This document shows positions 11,963 to 24,996 of a DNA stretch of 64,000 nucleotides, piece after piece. The DNA is from Podarcis bocagei (Eukaryota), in assembly GCA_964188305.1 (NCBI GenBank), contig OZ076886.1; one strand, written 5' to 3'. The number at the start of each line of letters is the position of its first letter. Positions within the stretch are counted from its first letter, which is position 1. The notes under the pieces are model-generated. The model saw only the letters and a program-made list of their open reading frames with translations. It was not told where the DNA came from and did not search any database. The translations under genes and the position numbers were made by a program.

Positions 11963-13180
11963 CTGAGTTAGGCTAGCATCAAATGCCACCCTAACAAATG
12001 TTTAAACTAACAGATCTGCTAGCTTTTAAGAGTCCTTTATTGAAATTGCATTCTCCAGCACTGAAGACAAGCAATAAACGAGCCAGGTAGAAGAGATACA
12101 CAAGGTAGTCATTTCAGGGCTGCTTATAGCGTGACTTCTTTTCCTTCCCTATGGGATCATTCTCTTGTCAATCTGCATGCATTTTTGCAGACTGTGCAGC
12201 AAGGAGTCCATGGAGTTTTCTGCAGTGGCAAGAAATGAGGATGTGAAACGGAGTAAAGGCATCATTCACAATATTCTGGGAATTTAGCTGGTTCCCTTTT
12301 TCAAATGCTCTTATATCCCTTCTGTTTAGCTGTGCTCTGTTCAGGAGTGTTAAATAATCATCTCATGGATGGACTCCACCTGCTGCCCAGCTCACTCTCC
12401 AATGCACCCTGCCAGCAACCAGCTGCCCTACTTCATATCAGAGACCTCAGGGCAAGGTTATATCCTTTATTATTGCACCAGATGAGTCCCAGCCAGTGTT
12501 GTCCTCCTTCTCTCTCTGCTTGTCAAAAGGGAGCAAAACTAAACCTGCCATTAATGTGGCCATTTCTGCATTTCTATCAAACTTCAGCTACAGCTACCAG
12601 TTCATCAGCGATGAACTTTGGGGTGGGGTGGGGAATGGAGGGGAGGGAGACTAGTCAATAGATTCACTTTATTGTTGGAGGCAGAGGGGTGGAGAGAGCC
12701 ACGATCCCGATGATGTCATTTATTCCTGTTTAAAAATAGAACTAACCTTTATACCCGTCATTGTTCATTCCGTTACTGCTGAAACAAGGGCACTGTTGTT
12801 GGTTCTCTTAGAACACGCCTTACAAATCTCCACACTCACTACAGGCAAGTTTTAAAGCACTGATATATTCAACCCCCTTTCCCTACCTGAAAATGTAAAG
12901 AGAAAACAGCTGTTCTTGTTGTTATTATAGTTAATCCACAGTTAATTTATCAATCACCTTCTAAAGCACCATATGAAGGTGATTTATATGTAAAATAGTC
13001 AAAAACAGTTAAAACCAAACCCACCCCATACATTTAAAACCAGGCTAAAATCCCAAAGAGTGGACACTCATTAAATTGATAAAGTTTGAGATTATGCCGG
13101 TTATACTCCTGCGTCAGGGGGGCGGCAATTGGGCCCCCTTTCTTCTGGGTCAGTCATGCATCAACATTGACATTTTGGAC

Positions 13181-13316
13181 ACAGAACACAGGAAGTTCTC
13201 TTATACTAAATCAGACCATTGGTCCATTGACCTCAGTATTCTCAACACTGACTGGCAGTGGCTCTCTAGGGTTTCAGGTAGAGGTGCCTCCCAACCCTAC
13301 CTAGAGATGCCAGTGA
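13181..13316 (-). mobile_element. tRNA/CR1-tail SINE (Squam2-like), 3' part
   Basis: GGAAGTTCTCTTATACTAAATCAGACCATTGGTCCATTGACCTCAGTATT...CCCTACCTAGAGATGCCAG. Confidence 0.7.
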
Positions 13317-13320
13317 TGAT

Positions 13321-13682
13321 GCCGCTGTGGTCTAAGCCACTGAGCCTCTTGGGCTTGCTGATCAGAAACTTGGTGGTTCGAATCCCTGAGATGGGGTGAG
13401 CTCCTGTTGCTCTGTCCCAGCTCTTGCCAACCTAGCAGCTGGAAAGCACACCAGTGCAAGTAGATAAATAGGTACTGCTGCAGTGGGAAAGTAAATGGCG
13501 TTTCTGTGTGCTCTGGTTTCCATCATGGTGTTCCGTTGCGCCAGAAGTGGTCTAGTCATGCTGGCCACATGTCATGCTATCTGTCTGTGGACAAATACCG
13601 CCTCCATTGGCCTGAAAACGAGATGAGCGCCGCAACACCATAGTCACCTTTGACTGGACTTAACCGTCCAGGGGTCCTTTAC
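13321..13682 (+). mobile_element. Sauria SINE (Squam1), long variant
   Basis: GCTGTGGTCTAAGCCACTGAGCC...GGTTCGAATCCC...GTGCAAGTAGATAAATAGGTAC...GTCCAGGGGTCCTTTAC. Confidence 0.92.
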
Positions 13683-13701
13683 TACTACTGAAGTATGACC
13701 C

Positions 13702-13747
13702 CTTCCTTCCTTCCTTCCTTCCTTCCTTCCTTCCTTCCTTCCTTCCT
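13702..13747. repeat. (TTCC)n microsatellite
   Basis: Direct reading. Confidence 0.97.
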
Positions 13748-14609
13748 GAACAATGGATAGTTCAGAGAGGAGTTTGTGCTTCGCCAAACAACACCTTCCT
13801 CTTCCTCCTTAAGGAGCCACTATTAACACTCTGAGACCACGGATTCCCACCAGATATTCACGAACAGCCTGGCCATTAACGTGCTGCAGGAACAGGGCGC
13901 CTCGGTCCTTGCAGCCTTCTGTTACAGATTCAAACATAAAGGCCAGCTATGGGAGCTGATGGTCCCGGGCATACAATGACCATGAGAAATTTGCTTGGGA
14001 CAGGATTACAGGCATGAGACCTGGATCATAGCGAGATAGTTCCATTCTTTTCCATGAGACATGTGATTAATCGTGGACGGCTTGGAGTTCCTGAGCTTGC
14101 TAGAAATGTACTGCCTGGCTCGTTTCACTAACGATCTCTTAGCACACAGAAGAAGATCAGAGAATCTCTGCTTCCTGGGCAGTGTAGCGAGTCTAAGGGA
14201 TTGGGGAGGGGGGGGGACAACAATCCCACAACTCCCTTTCCCCTCCTTTCAGGGAAATTTGTGCTGCTTCAGATGTTGTCAGACCCCATTAAACAACCTA
14301 ATTAATCCAAGCTTTAGATGTCAGGGCAAGTGACACATCTCTCTCTCTCTCTTTCTCCCTCTCTTCAATCCTCTTGTTTTGCACAACCAGCCAAAGGTTG
14401 TTTCAGCTGTGATCAAGGGACTGCCTGTGGTCAGACCCTCATCCTCCCTAACGCAGGCCTCTGGGAATAAAATCACACCTCTGGGGCATTTGTCAAATTT
14501 ACCACATTTACACAGAAGTTGATGTATAATGCAGTCCTTCTAGGTCCTTGCCACCTGCACAGTATTAAACAATGTCCCCAAACAGAAGCCACTTACCACT
14601 TAGAGTCTT

Positions 14610-14780
14610 ATGTTAAGCTGGTAGCCATCATTACACCCTGTGGGAGCACATTCCATAGATTGAGAAGAATGGCATGAACAAGTACTCCCTTTTGTCTGTC
14701 CTGACCCTCCCACATATTCAGCCTCATTGAATGAAGAATTTTGACAGAGGTTTCTTCTTGTCCACTTTCTCCACACCAGG
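14610..14780 (-). mobile_element. CR1 LINE remnant
   Basis: GGTAGCCATCATTACACCCTGTGGGAGCACATTCCATAGATT...AAGTACTCCCTTTTGTCTGTCCTGA resembles the antisense of a CR1 ORF2 3' region. Confidence 0.5.
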
Positions 14781-15371
14781 TGTGTCGCCTTTAGGCAGAG
14801 GTGCAGCTCAGATATTACAAATACACAACAGTGGTGAGGATGCAATGAAGCAAGAAGCCTGCACTAAGAATCCTGGCACCCTCCGATTTTCTTTTGCCTT
14901 TCGAAACTCAGGCTGAATTTGTACACAGACAGCTGTGCACACATTCAAGCTTAAAAATAGCATGAAAGGGGCTAGGCTGGCACACAAACGCCTGCATAAA
15001 TTTATTCACAAATAAGTGCGGCAGTGCGCCAATTGAAAGGAGGAGAACAATAGACACCCACTGCAATGTCTATCCAAACATCACAAGAGTCATTACACAT
15101 CAGCAGTGACTCTTTTACTGAATTACTCACTTTCCCAGGACAAAACCTGGGGCCCTAATGCAGGGACAAGATGACTCAGAGCGCAGGACAGCGCCAGCTG
15201 TTTGTGGTCTGTTCTGGGCTCTATCTTGTAAAAGCCAACTGATTCAAAGCAAACACACACTTAAGGATGTGAGTTCAGGACTGGATAAGAAAACACCCAA
15301 CTCATTAATCTTTTGTCAAGTTCTGGTTCTTATAAATCTGCTTTGGAGGCTCTGCCTGGCCAGTGCATGAA

Positions 15372-15709
15372 GCTGTGGGTTAAATCATAGAGCCTAGGAC
15401 TTGCCGATCAGAAGGTCGGCAGTTTGAATCCCCGTGACGGGGTGAGCTCCCATTGCTCGGTCCCAGCTCCTGCCAACCTGTAGCCAAAACAGCACATCAA
15501 AGTGCAAGTAGATAAATAGGTACCGCTCTGGCGGGAAGGTAAACGGCGTTTCCGTGCGCTGCTCTGGTTTGCCAGAAGTGGCTTAGTCATGCTGGCCACA
15601 TGACCTGGAAGCTGTACGCCAGCTCCCTCGGCCAATAAAGGGAGATGAGCGCTGCAACCCCAGAGTCAGTCCCGATTGGACCTAATGGTCAGGGGTCCCT
15701 TTACCTTTA
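15372..15709 (+). mobile_element. Sauria SINE (Squam1), short variant
   Basis: GCTGTGGGTTAAATCATAGAGCCTAGG...GTGCAAGTAGATAAATAGGTACCGC...CCCCAGAGTC...GGTCAGGGGTCCCTTTACCTTTA. Confidence 0.93.
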
Positions 15710-17578
15710 AAGCTTTGCATGTTGAGCATGTCAGAGCCTGAACACACCTTTAAGAGGCAGGTGCAAGAATATAGAACACTGACTTTATAGTTAGTTAGAC
15801 CCTTAGTATAGGGCTTATCCACACAGCTTTCCTCCACTCTTTGCAGGCTTGGTCTGTGTTTTAAAGTTCCATATCTGGGCACTCTTCCCCCCACCCCCTG
15901 TGAAAACCCACTCTTTCAAGCTGAATTGGAGCAAATAGCAATCCAAGGAAGACTCAAATTGCTGTTTGTTGCATTTAAGCTTTAAAGAATGTGTTTCTCT
16001 GGGGAAAGCTCTGGGGCAAAATGAGAGAGAGAGAGAGCACTTGGCCATGGAGCTTTAAAGTGTGGACCTGTGTCTGGAAAGACTGGAGAAGTGTGGATAA
16101 GCCCTAGCCTGTTATTTCTTTAATTTCTTTAATTTCCTGCACTGACAACCCTCCTTTCTTCTATCATGGAACCCAAGGAGCCAACCTTGTGATTCCCAGG
16201 CAGTCTCCCATCCAGACACCAATTAGACCCAGGCCTGCTTCACTTTGGCAAGGTGGTATTCTGCCCTTCCTTTCGGGTTCTCCCTCTAAAGTTGTTTCTG
16301 CAAACTGTGAGGCTCCCCACAAGCACGTAGATGCTTCCCTCTTATGCATCAGTGATGCTGTTTTGGCTACAGATGCAATAACACTTGACACTCTATTTCT
16401 GAACATCAGAAATAGAGGGAAACATGCATTTGGGCTTGGATTCTAATTTTACCTTCTGCAAACAAAATGGAGGCCACATTCATGGAGTGAGGCTTTTCTG
16501 CCACTTATTTACCTGTGCAGCCCCCTTTCTCCCCCATCCTTCTCCTAGGCATTTGGGGGGGGGCTGGGTGTCCCTTGAGGTTGCTGTAAGACTTGCTGTG
16601 AGGGGCTGCAGATGGAGGAGAGAGCTAGCAAAAATTCCTGACCCTCTTATGGGAACAGAGGTACATCACAGGATCTTACCTATAATCTTCATATTTAATC
16701 AGTGTCTTAGATAACCACCCAACAATGCCTGCGATATCTTTCCAGGGTCACCAAGCAGGGGGAGTCTGTCTGCTTAAGATTTTCCTAGACCTCCTTTTAT
16801 CAATGATTTCTAGGTAGTTTACAAAACCTGAGCACAACCAGTTGTCTCTGATTAAATTCCCCACTGACTTGTACACGAATGGAGGTAAAGCAAGAGTTGT
16901 GAAATATTTTTGTCAACGTGTTTTCTCCTAGGGTTAATTATCACCTCCTTCCCAGGTGTGCAGAGTACATTCTTGGCTTTTGCTTCCATTATGTAGTGGT
17001 CTCAAGCCCACTTCGGCCCCCTCACCCTCCCAAATTACCTTAGCAATGCATGAGCACGTGGGTTAAAAAACAGACAGGCGAAAGGGGTAGATTAATGGGC
17101 TGGCCTTTAACCTTAAACCCATTGAAACCCACGAGGGAAATGTATTTCTCCATCAGCGCAAACCAAAAAACACAGGCAAAAATAATTTGGTACTAAAGAC
17201 AATTCTGACAGGCAACCTAATTTGTCCCCCAGGGCTACGAGAAGTAACTGGCCAGCTAATGCCCCATGTCAGCTAACCCACGAGCAACAGAGTATGGGGC
17301 CAGTGTGTTAATCAGAGCAGGAGCCCTGCAAACATAGAGCCATTACAGAAATGAACATACAGGGGAATCAGTAATCGGAACATGATGGCCGAGGAGCAAA
17401 GCAACACAGTGAGGAGAATCAAAAGCATCTGTGAGATCTCTCTGACTCCCAGCATATAGGAACTTCAGAATTACCCTGCTGGATCTAACAAAGACCAGTG
17501 ATCTTGGTTCCAATGGTGGCTGATCAGATGTCTCTTGGTGGTTTGAAGCCCAGTAGAATGTCAATGGTAGAAAGTGAG

Positions 17579-17740
17579 AAGCTGCCTTATACCACTAGTC
17601 CAATATAGCCCAGTGTTGTCCACATTGGCTAGAAGCAACTCCCCAGTGGTTCTGCTGAGCCATACCTGGAGATGTCAAGGGTTGAATCTGGGACTTCCTA
17701 CATTCAAAGCATGGACTACCACTGAGTCACAGCCCTTCCG
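17579..17740 (-). mobile_element. tRNA/CR1-tail SINE (Squam2-like), diverged
   Basis: AAGCTGCCTTATACC...TACCTGGAGATGTCAAGGGTTGAATCTGGGACTTCC...ACCACTGAGTCACAGCCC. Confidence 0.65.
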
Positions 17741-20141
17741 TATGCTTGTCACCTGCTCCTTGTATCCAGGTGTATTGGATAGGTGTGTGATGGTTCTGTT
17801 TAGCTCTCATGGCTAATAGCCATTGCTGCTCCATTGCAGAATTTATTGATGCACAAACCTCTCTCTGTTATACAAAGTCAGTGGATAACCCCAAGGGATT
17901 CAGTGGGGAAGTTTTAGTCCAAATGAGATCGAGCCCTATTCCAGATCTAAACGCAATGTAAAATGTACATGTGCTTTCACAAGTCCAGCACTTTCAGCTA
18001 AGGAACATGCTCAGTTAAGGAAGTCATATGACAAAGACTCTCCCCTAGCTCATCAAAAACCTCTGGTGTGTATATTTATAGCACAATCCTAGGCCTAGTA
18101 AATGAATTTAGCAGTGCAGTCTTAATAGCTTAATTTTTCAGCATAGGTCATCATTCTACTGACACTCATATCCTAAAGGTATTTTGAGTGAAATGGCACC
18201 CACAGTGGCTTGTACCAACATAGCTAGACCAACAGAAATTCCAGCGGAAAACTGGTGAATTAACATGTATTAAGAAATTCAGTTCTGTCACCTGTGGCCT
18301 GAATTGAGGCAATGAGGTTATCCCAGTACAGGTGTGAAATCCCAAAGTAAAAATGCTCCAACTCTTTTAAACTATTTCCTTCCAGCAGAAGGAGTAGACG
18401 CATCAACAGAGGCACTACCATCTTAATTGCAATTAAATTGTGCATGCATGAGCACTCCAAATGAGCACCATTCCAAATGCGCAATGGCCCATTTGTGCTT
18501 TTACAGGAATACTGATGAACAGCTTGTTCCAGTGGTTTACGGAGAGACTGCAGCTTGATAATTCAAGTTCAAAAAAGAGCAAGATGTCTCCAAAACTCAT
18601 GCTAGAAGAGGCAAAGCTGCTGTGATTTCTGGGAGAAAAATCTTATTGGGATCATCCTAGACAGCTTTACTACAGCTAAATTGATTTTCTGGTGGTATGC
18701 ACTGGTGATGGTGGGATTTCTGTGCATCTGGACTGGACACTCTTTGGAATGAGGAGGACAAGGTGATGTGAGGCACAAGTTACACTGAAACAGCTTCTTC
18801 CGGTGCCTGTCTTGGACTAGAGTCAACCTTTGATAGGGAGGGAAAAGCAGAAGGAGCCATGGCTCAGCGAGCCGTCCTGTCCCCTCTGCAAATATTTATG
18901 CTCTAAGCTTTCCCACTTAAAAGCCTAATTGGAGTGTAGTGGAGCTCAGTACACTTGAAGGTAGCCTAATGGAGACATTGCAGTGCTATTAGCACAGATG
19001 GTTGTCATATGTATGCAAATGAGGAGCAAATTGAATTTGGTGTCCCCTCTCGCCAGCTGTCCTATCAGCGCCAGCTTCTGCAGTAGTGGAGAGGCACAGC
19101 CTTCGTGCCGCTAATCCTTCAGTGCGGATTCATTACCACTGGCGCATTAATCATTGCCGCTTTGCCTGGTACAAAGGAAGGGGCTCTTTCTTTCATCATG
19201 TGCATTCGCGTTGGCTGAGGTGTCCCAGCTCTGGAAAGGAAGGGCACGAGGCTTCATTAGCTAAAGAGAGCAGGAGAGGACTGGGCAACACAGTTCTTCT
19301 TGCACGTCTGGTGTGTCAGTTCAAAAGGAGAGGAAGGATTGTGCAAGCCACCTGTCCATTTGCTGGAGGGGCAAATGTTCAGCTCCCAATTCCTCTTTGG
19401 GACACATACATTGCAGTTAGGCATGTTCCCAGTCCTTTGGTGGCACTGCCCCTTTAAAAATTACTATTATTTCAATGCAGCTTGACAAAACACCAGACAT
19501 CAAAACCCCTGTACAGGGTGAATTGGAATTCCAGCCCCCTCCATCCCCATTAGTGTCCTATGCAGACTCCTATTGACTTTAATGAGAACAAGACCAATAA
19601 ACAACTTGAGTTAATATATCCTCATTACTAAAAGTTGCAAGGGGAAAAACACACACACTATTTATGGTAGTATCTATCATTTAGCCTCATGCAACTAATT
19701 CAGCAACATGCAATATGGCAGCCAAATTCCAATATCAGGACTAATTCTCCTTTTATTTTACTTTTAACCACACATGTCTCCGCAAGTACAAAATTCATGT
19801 ATACCCTGTCAGGTGTAGAGGGCACACACACACACACACATTTTGAGAGTCTTCCCATTTAAACCAGATGCAAGTGGTGTTTGTGTGATTTGTATTTTAA
19901 AGCAGATGTGCCTGCATATTTTACATCTGAAATTCAGGCTGCATACAGTTTATATTCATGCAGTTTATATATTATTATTATTATGCATAGAAATTAAATA
20001 AATGAAATTGGCCTGCAGTGGGATTTATGTTACAGCTTCTTCTGAAAATACATTTCCCTAGCTGTATTTTAAGGATGATTGCAATAAATTGACTGATAAT
20101 GGTTATTCATGTTGATAATGTTAGAAGGGCGTGGAGAAGAC

Positions 20142-20614
20142 CAGGGATGGGTGAATTCATCAGTCCCTGTTTCTTCTTTTCCAGACTTAAGTTCAGTTCC
20201 CTGCATTTTCACATCAGTTTTTTTAAAAAAAGAATTTGAAAATTCATCAGTATGTTGGTGCACGTTTCTATTATTCTTATTAATTACTTGTCCCAGGGTG
20301 GGTTACAGCAATTTAACATTCAGTATTAAAAACAGTTGAACAAATTGCAGCCACAGGAATAGGACTTGCCCCTAATATACACATTTTTGCAAAGCAATTT
20401 CCACATGTGTAATATACAATATTATTGCTAATGTACACATTTTAATGCACACACGACCCTAGTATATGCATTTTTGTATACATTACCTGGTTGCAGAATT
20501 GCACTGCAAAATTTTGGAGAAATGTGGATTTGGAAGGACAGCATTGTTACAGGAAAGTGTGAAATTGGTTGCTTTGCCCTTCATGCAAACTGAACTGAAT
20601 TTCTTCCCCCTCCT
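20142..20614. mobile_element. Old non-autonomous DNA element (hAT-like ends)
   Basis: Starts CAGGGATGGGTGAATTC, ends GAATTTCTTCCCCCTCCT; AT-rich interior shared with about 23780-24168. Confidence 0.5.
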
Positions 20615-21889
20615 CATATATGTTATATGATCGTTATATGATCTGGCTTTGCTAGATCAAGCTCCCAAACCTACACTTCACTTTTCTGATATTGTGAAGA
20701 TAGCCTCTTTCTTTGCCATGTTTTAGAAACATTTATAGGAAAGCTGGCTTTAAATTAAAGCCAGCCCTACCCACTCAGGTCTTGCTTGTGGGTTTTCCAT
20801 AGGCATCTGGTTAGCCACCAAGAGAACTGGACCAGATGGACCTTTGACCTAATCCAGCAGAATTCTTGTTATTAGGCCAAGTGGTGTGGCTCCATCACAT
20901 GCCAGCTGCTGAGTGGTAGGGAGCGATGGCAAGAAGCTGGGGAACAGAGCTGGGTGTGTCATACAGCTTGCCTCACCCTCCATATGCTAGCCTGTTGCCC
21001 TCAGGTGTAGTGGAGGCTGCTGTCCTCCTCCTAGTGCTGAAATAAGATTCAACAGTCAGTCTGGTTGGCTTTTGTATATGGAATGGCAGCAGAGGACACT
21101 ACCTTCTCCTTCATCTCATGAAAGTTCTGCACCAGCCCAGCTGGCTGTTATTTATCACAAAGGACACGGAATCTGTAATGTTCAACCACTAGATTCTGTC
21201 TCAGTAAGATTTTTTTTTTTTATCTTTCACCAACAAAACGGGAGCATCAGATTTGCTCAAGGTCTTGAAACACAGAAGATAAAAGTAATTGGTACATTAT
21301 GGAAAGGAAAAACAACTTCCTTGGCTGCAGTTGTCAATTAATGGAAAGACTGCTGTGGGAGAAGGCTATCGATTGGCTGGGATTTTTTTGAAAAAAATAA
21401 TAACAGCAGTGCTTTCAAATTGCAGCAGGCATTGTGGGCAATGGAATAAGTCCTGGAAATATGGATCCCCTTCTATCTTTCTCTTCTCTCTTGGACTGGA
21501 TGGATATCTGCTAAGGATGGATTAAATTAAAGAAATTCTGCAACTGCAGAGGATTGCAGTAGATAAGTAAGTTGATACCAAACAGCTGGATAAAAATGAT
21601 GCAGGCTGGGCTACGTTTATTGTCCCTGTAGCACTGTGATATGACAACCTGGCCCTGCTGGAATTCCATCTCCTGCACAGTGATGAAAGGTACAATGATG
21701 AAATGCCTTTTGTCACCCAACCCCAAAGAGATCTGACTACAGCAATGTGCAGATTGAGTTATAATTTAGAGATTGGCCAGAGAGCTGCAGCTATGGCCAA
21801 AAGTTATTTGCCATGGCATCAACATCTGTAATGACTTATTAAGATCTGCCCAGATACAGATAGCTAGACGAATGAGTAGATACAGTAGA

Positions 21890-22050
21890 TAGATTTATAT
21901 CCCACCTTTTGGCCAAGGAGCTCATGGTGGTGCACATGGCTCTCTCTATGCTCATTTAATCCTCACAGTAACCCTGTGAGATAGGTTAGGCTGAGAGAGA
22001 GTCAATGGCCCAAGGCCATCCAGTGAGCTTGATGGGCAAGTGGGGATTTT
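21890..22050 (-). mobile_element. CORE-SINE (MIR/Squam3-like)
   Basis: ATCCTCACAGTAACCCTGTGAGATAGGTTAGGCTGAGAGAGAG...GGCCCAAGGCCATCCAGTGAGCTT is the antisense CORE domain. Confidence 0.8.
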
Positions 22051-23127
22051 CTGAAACATAGTTTGGCTTACTGTTGTGCAAACCTGTGTGAGGAGCATTG
22101 GAACATTCTGAAGTGTTATATTTTCCAGGTTAAATTTAAAATCATGGATCGAAAATTGGGTAGCTTTTCACTATTCCATGGAAACTTCCTTTGAAACACC
22201 AGCATTTTCCTCTAGTTTTATTTGTGGTCCCTTTGGCCCCTCAAAATTGCAATAAAAACCCTTGGCTAAGACATCCTAGGCTAGATGACCTCCGAAGTCA
22301 TCCTAGACCTTCACATTGTATAGATGAATAAAAATGATCTCTTCCCGTCCCCCCTTCCTCATGACATCCTGTGTCCCTCTCTTTCAGTCCTTTTCCCAGG
22401 GCAGCTCATTATAAATAAGCAAATGGGTCCCTTGTTAAAAAGAAGCCTGCATTTGGAAGGCATGGAAAGCACCCTTCAGTTCTGAGTCTTGTCTGTCTGC
22501 ATGCTGTTGTGTGGTGCTGATTAACATGTCTCTTTGCTCTGCTTGGTTTTGCAGGCCTGCAGGCCCTGCAATTGTTCCCTGCTGTAAAAAAACAAAACAA
22601 AAAAACAACCCGGGTCCATAGAGGAATTTCTCAGTTTGTTGACCGGACAGCGTAGCCAGCTTTGTAAGTGTGGCTGCAAAGTCTTCGCAGCTTCACGCCT
22701 GACATGTTACGCTACATGTGATATAATTTGGATTTAGGGTCACAAAGTAGTAGACAGGAGAGGGAGGGGGAGAGAGAGATTTTGTAGGTAAAGCTCTTTG
22801 TTAGGTAAATAAACCCCGACACAAGGCAAATTGAAAGTTGCAAACTGTGTCAGCATGTGGTTGAGGTTGGATAAAAGCACAGTGCAATGTGAAGGAATAA
22901 TAGACAATGGATGTCAGCATGCTGTAATTACAAAAAGTGAGATTGCCAATGCATGGGAGTTAGGAAATGATGGCCTAAAAAGATTTCAAATTTCATACAG
23001 GAAAACCGAAACCCAATACAGATCTTTTTTTTATGGTGATACAATACAGTCACCTGGTGAAATGCTACTGAGTAGACTCCAGCCTGCCCACTGCTAATGT
23101 CAAAAATCACAAAGTAGACTTTTTAAC

Positions 23128-23162
<35 letters not shown>

Positions 23163-23171
23163 AACAACAAC
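23128..23171. repeat. (AAC)n microsatellite
   Basis: Direct reading. Confidence 0.97.
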
Positions 23172-23779
23172 CCCCCCATTGGGGTTTAATTTACTTACGT
23201 ATAGATAGAGTTATGTGTTGCCTTCTCAATGTTCAAAGTAGCTCACATGAATAAAATCACTACCCAAGGAACTAAAAAGCACCATTCTAAAAATAACTGC
23301 TGAAATCCAGCCATAGTTGTGCATAATTGCTGGTGACCTTCAATTAGTACAACAGGACTCAGATGAACAGCACACTGTGGATGGGGAAGTATGTCTAGGT
23401 GAGCATCCACATTGGTAAGGCATATCAAAACCTGCATATACTTAGACGTCTCTTTAGAACCTAAATAAAATCTCCATACCACCAACCTGCTCTCTGGCTC
23501 TGCATCCTGCACAACGACCAATCAGATGCCTTTGGAACACCCACAAGCAGGAAGTGAGGGCAAAAGTCCTCTCTTGCAATATCAAGGAGAAAACCTTTAA
23601 GCCAGTTGTTTTCATTCTCCTTTTGTGCATTACTGGAGATTCAGGAATTAAGTACTACAACAACAAACATTTCCATTTCCCCCATTTAATCACTTTTATG
23701 TACTCAAGTACTGAATGGATCATGCTAATAAGAGGCCAGTGTATATATTTGTGTGTGAGAGAGAGAAACTGAAAAGATG

Positions 23780-24168
23780 TATGGATCAGTCAGTTTCTAA
23801 CCCATGTGCATTTTGTATGTGTTTATGCATAAGCTTGCTCTGCCCCATTAAATTTTTATATAAAAAACTTGTATTGAAATCCATATAGAAAAATGAATTT
23901 AAATACATGCCGTAATTAATATTTTATCAGAGAAATGCATATTTAAATGTGTGTGTTTTATCCCAATGTATGCATTTCTAAAGGTGTTTTATCCTATAAT
24001 ATGTATTTTAAAAAATATTTTGGTACTTTGTTAATGCTGAGAACTATATTGCAAAATTCAGAGATGTCAAATCCAAAGGATAATTATGTTTCATGTATTG
24101 GTTCAGGAGATGCGATTAGATTAGTTCACTAAAAAATGAGGACCAAGTGAATTTTTCCTCCATCCCTG
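23780..24168. mobile_element. Old non-autonomous DNA element related to the 20142 copy
   Basis: Shares GAGAACTATATTGCAAAATTCAGAGA and ends GAATTTTTCCTCCATCCCTG. Confidence 0.45.
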
Positions 24169-24829
24169 CATCATAGTGATAAAAAGAATATTGCGATTTA
24201 CCATCATGTCAGGTTATTTGTCCTGATATTTCCAGGCATGATGCATAAATCACACCAGAATACATTTTTTAAAGAAAAAACAACAAATATTATTTGTGTC
24301 TCTTTTGGCCCAACCACAAAAGGATGCTGTCCTTCAGACATATCACATATTGAGGAAGGTTTTTAACGACTATGCTGCCATTCCTCTGTATAGTTTGAAA
24401 AATTTATCTGCCACGTTTGATCAATATGCAGCGTACGCTGAGAAGATAATTGAGATCTGTGAAATTTAACAGGATGGCTTTAATTGTTTTAATTGTTTAC
24501 TAGTCAGGTGTGAGAATTCATTTATAAATACAAGCATCAGGGTCCTCTGCCCGAGGTATGAGATCTCTTATGCTCTCATGCACAAATATATGAGAGTTTG
24601 GGATTGCTCAGTGCACCAGTAACTTGATACAAGTTGATTTGAGGAGTGCAAGATGAAGAGGAGGAGGCTCAGGAAGAGTGGGAGTTCTGAAACTCTGGGA
24701 GGACTCTTCCTCTTCAGGCCCTCTGTCCTAAACACATATGTACACACTCATAACTGTGATGTGCTACATATGGGCCTACCTTTGTAAACAGTCTATGAAG
24801 GATTGGCGCAAAATATGGCAATAAGACTA

Positions 24830-24980
24830 CTAACTGGGACTGGCTGATTTGGTCGCATCATACCAGTTCTCCATCTGCACTGGTTTCCAGTCCATTTCTG
24901 AGCACTGATATTAACCTTTCAAGCCCTAAATGGCTTGGGATCAAGTTCCTTGAAGGTTCAGCTGCGCTCACATATACCTC
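24830..24980 (+). mobile_element. Old L2 fragment
   Basis: Degenerate IPVL..LHWFPVHF...LTFQALNGLGS coding remnant. Confidence 0.6.
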
Positions 24981-24996
24981 ATGAAACGGATAATTT

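Noticed and set aside
18495-18630. Possible exon after a TTTTACAG acceptor
   Set aside because: All three frames hit stops, there is no clear donor, and the peptide is not recognisable
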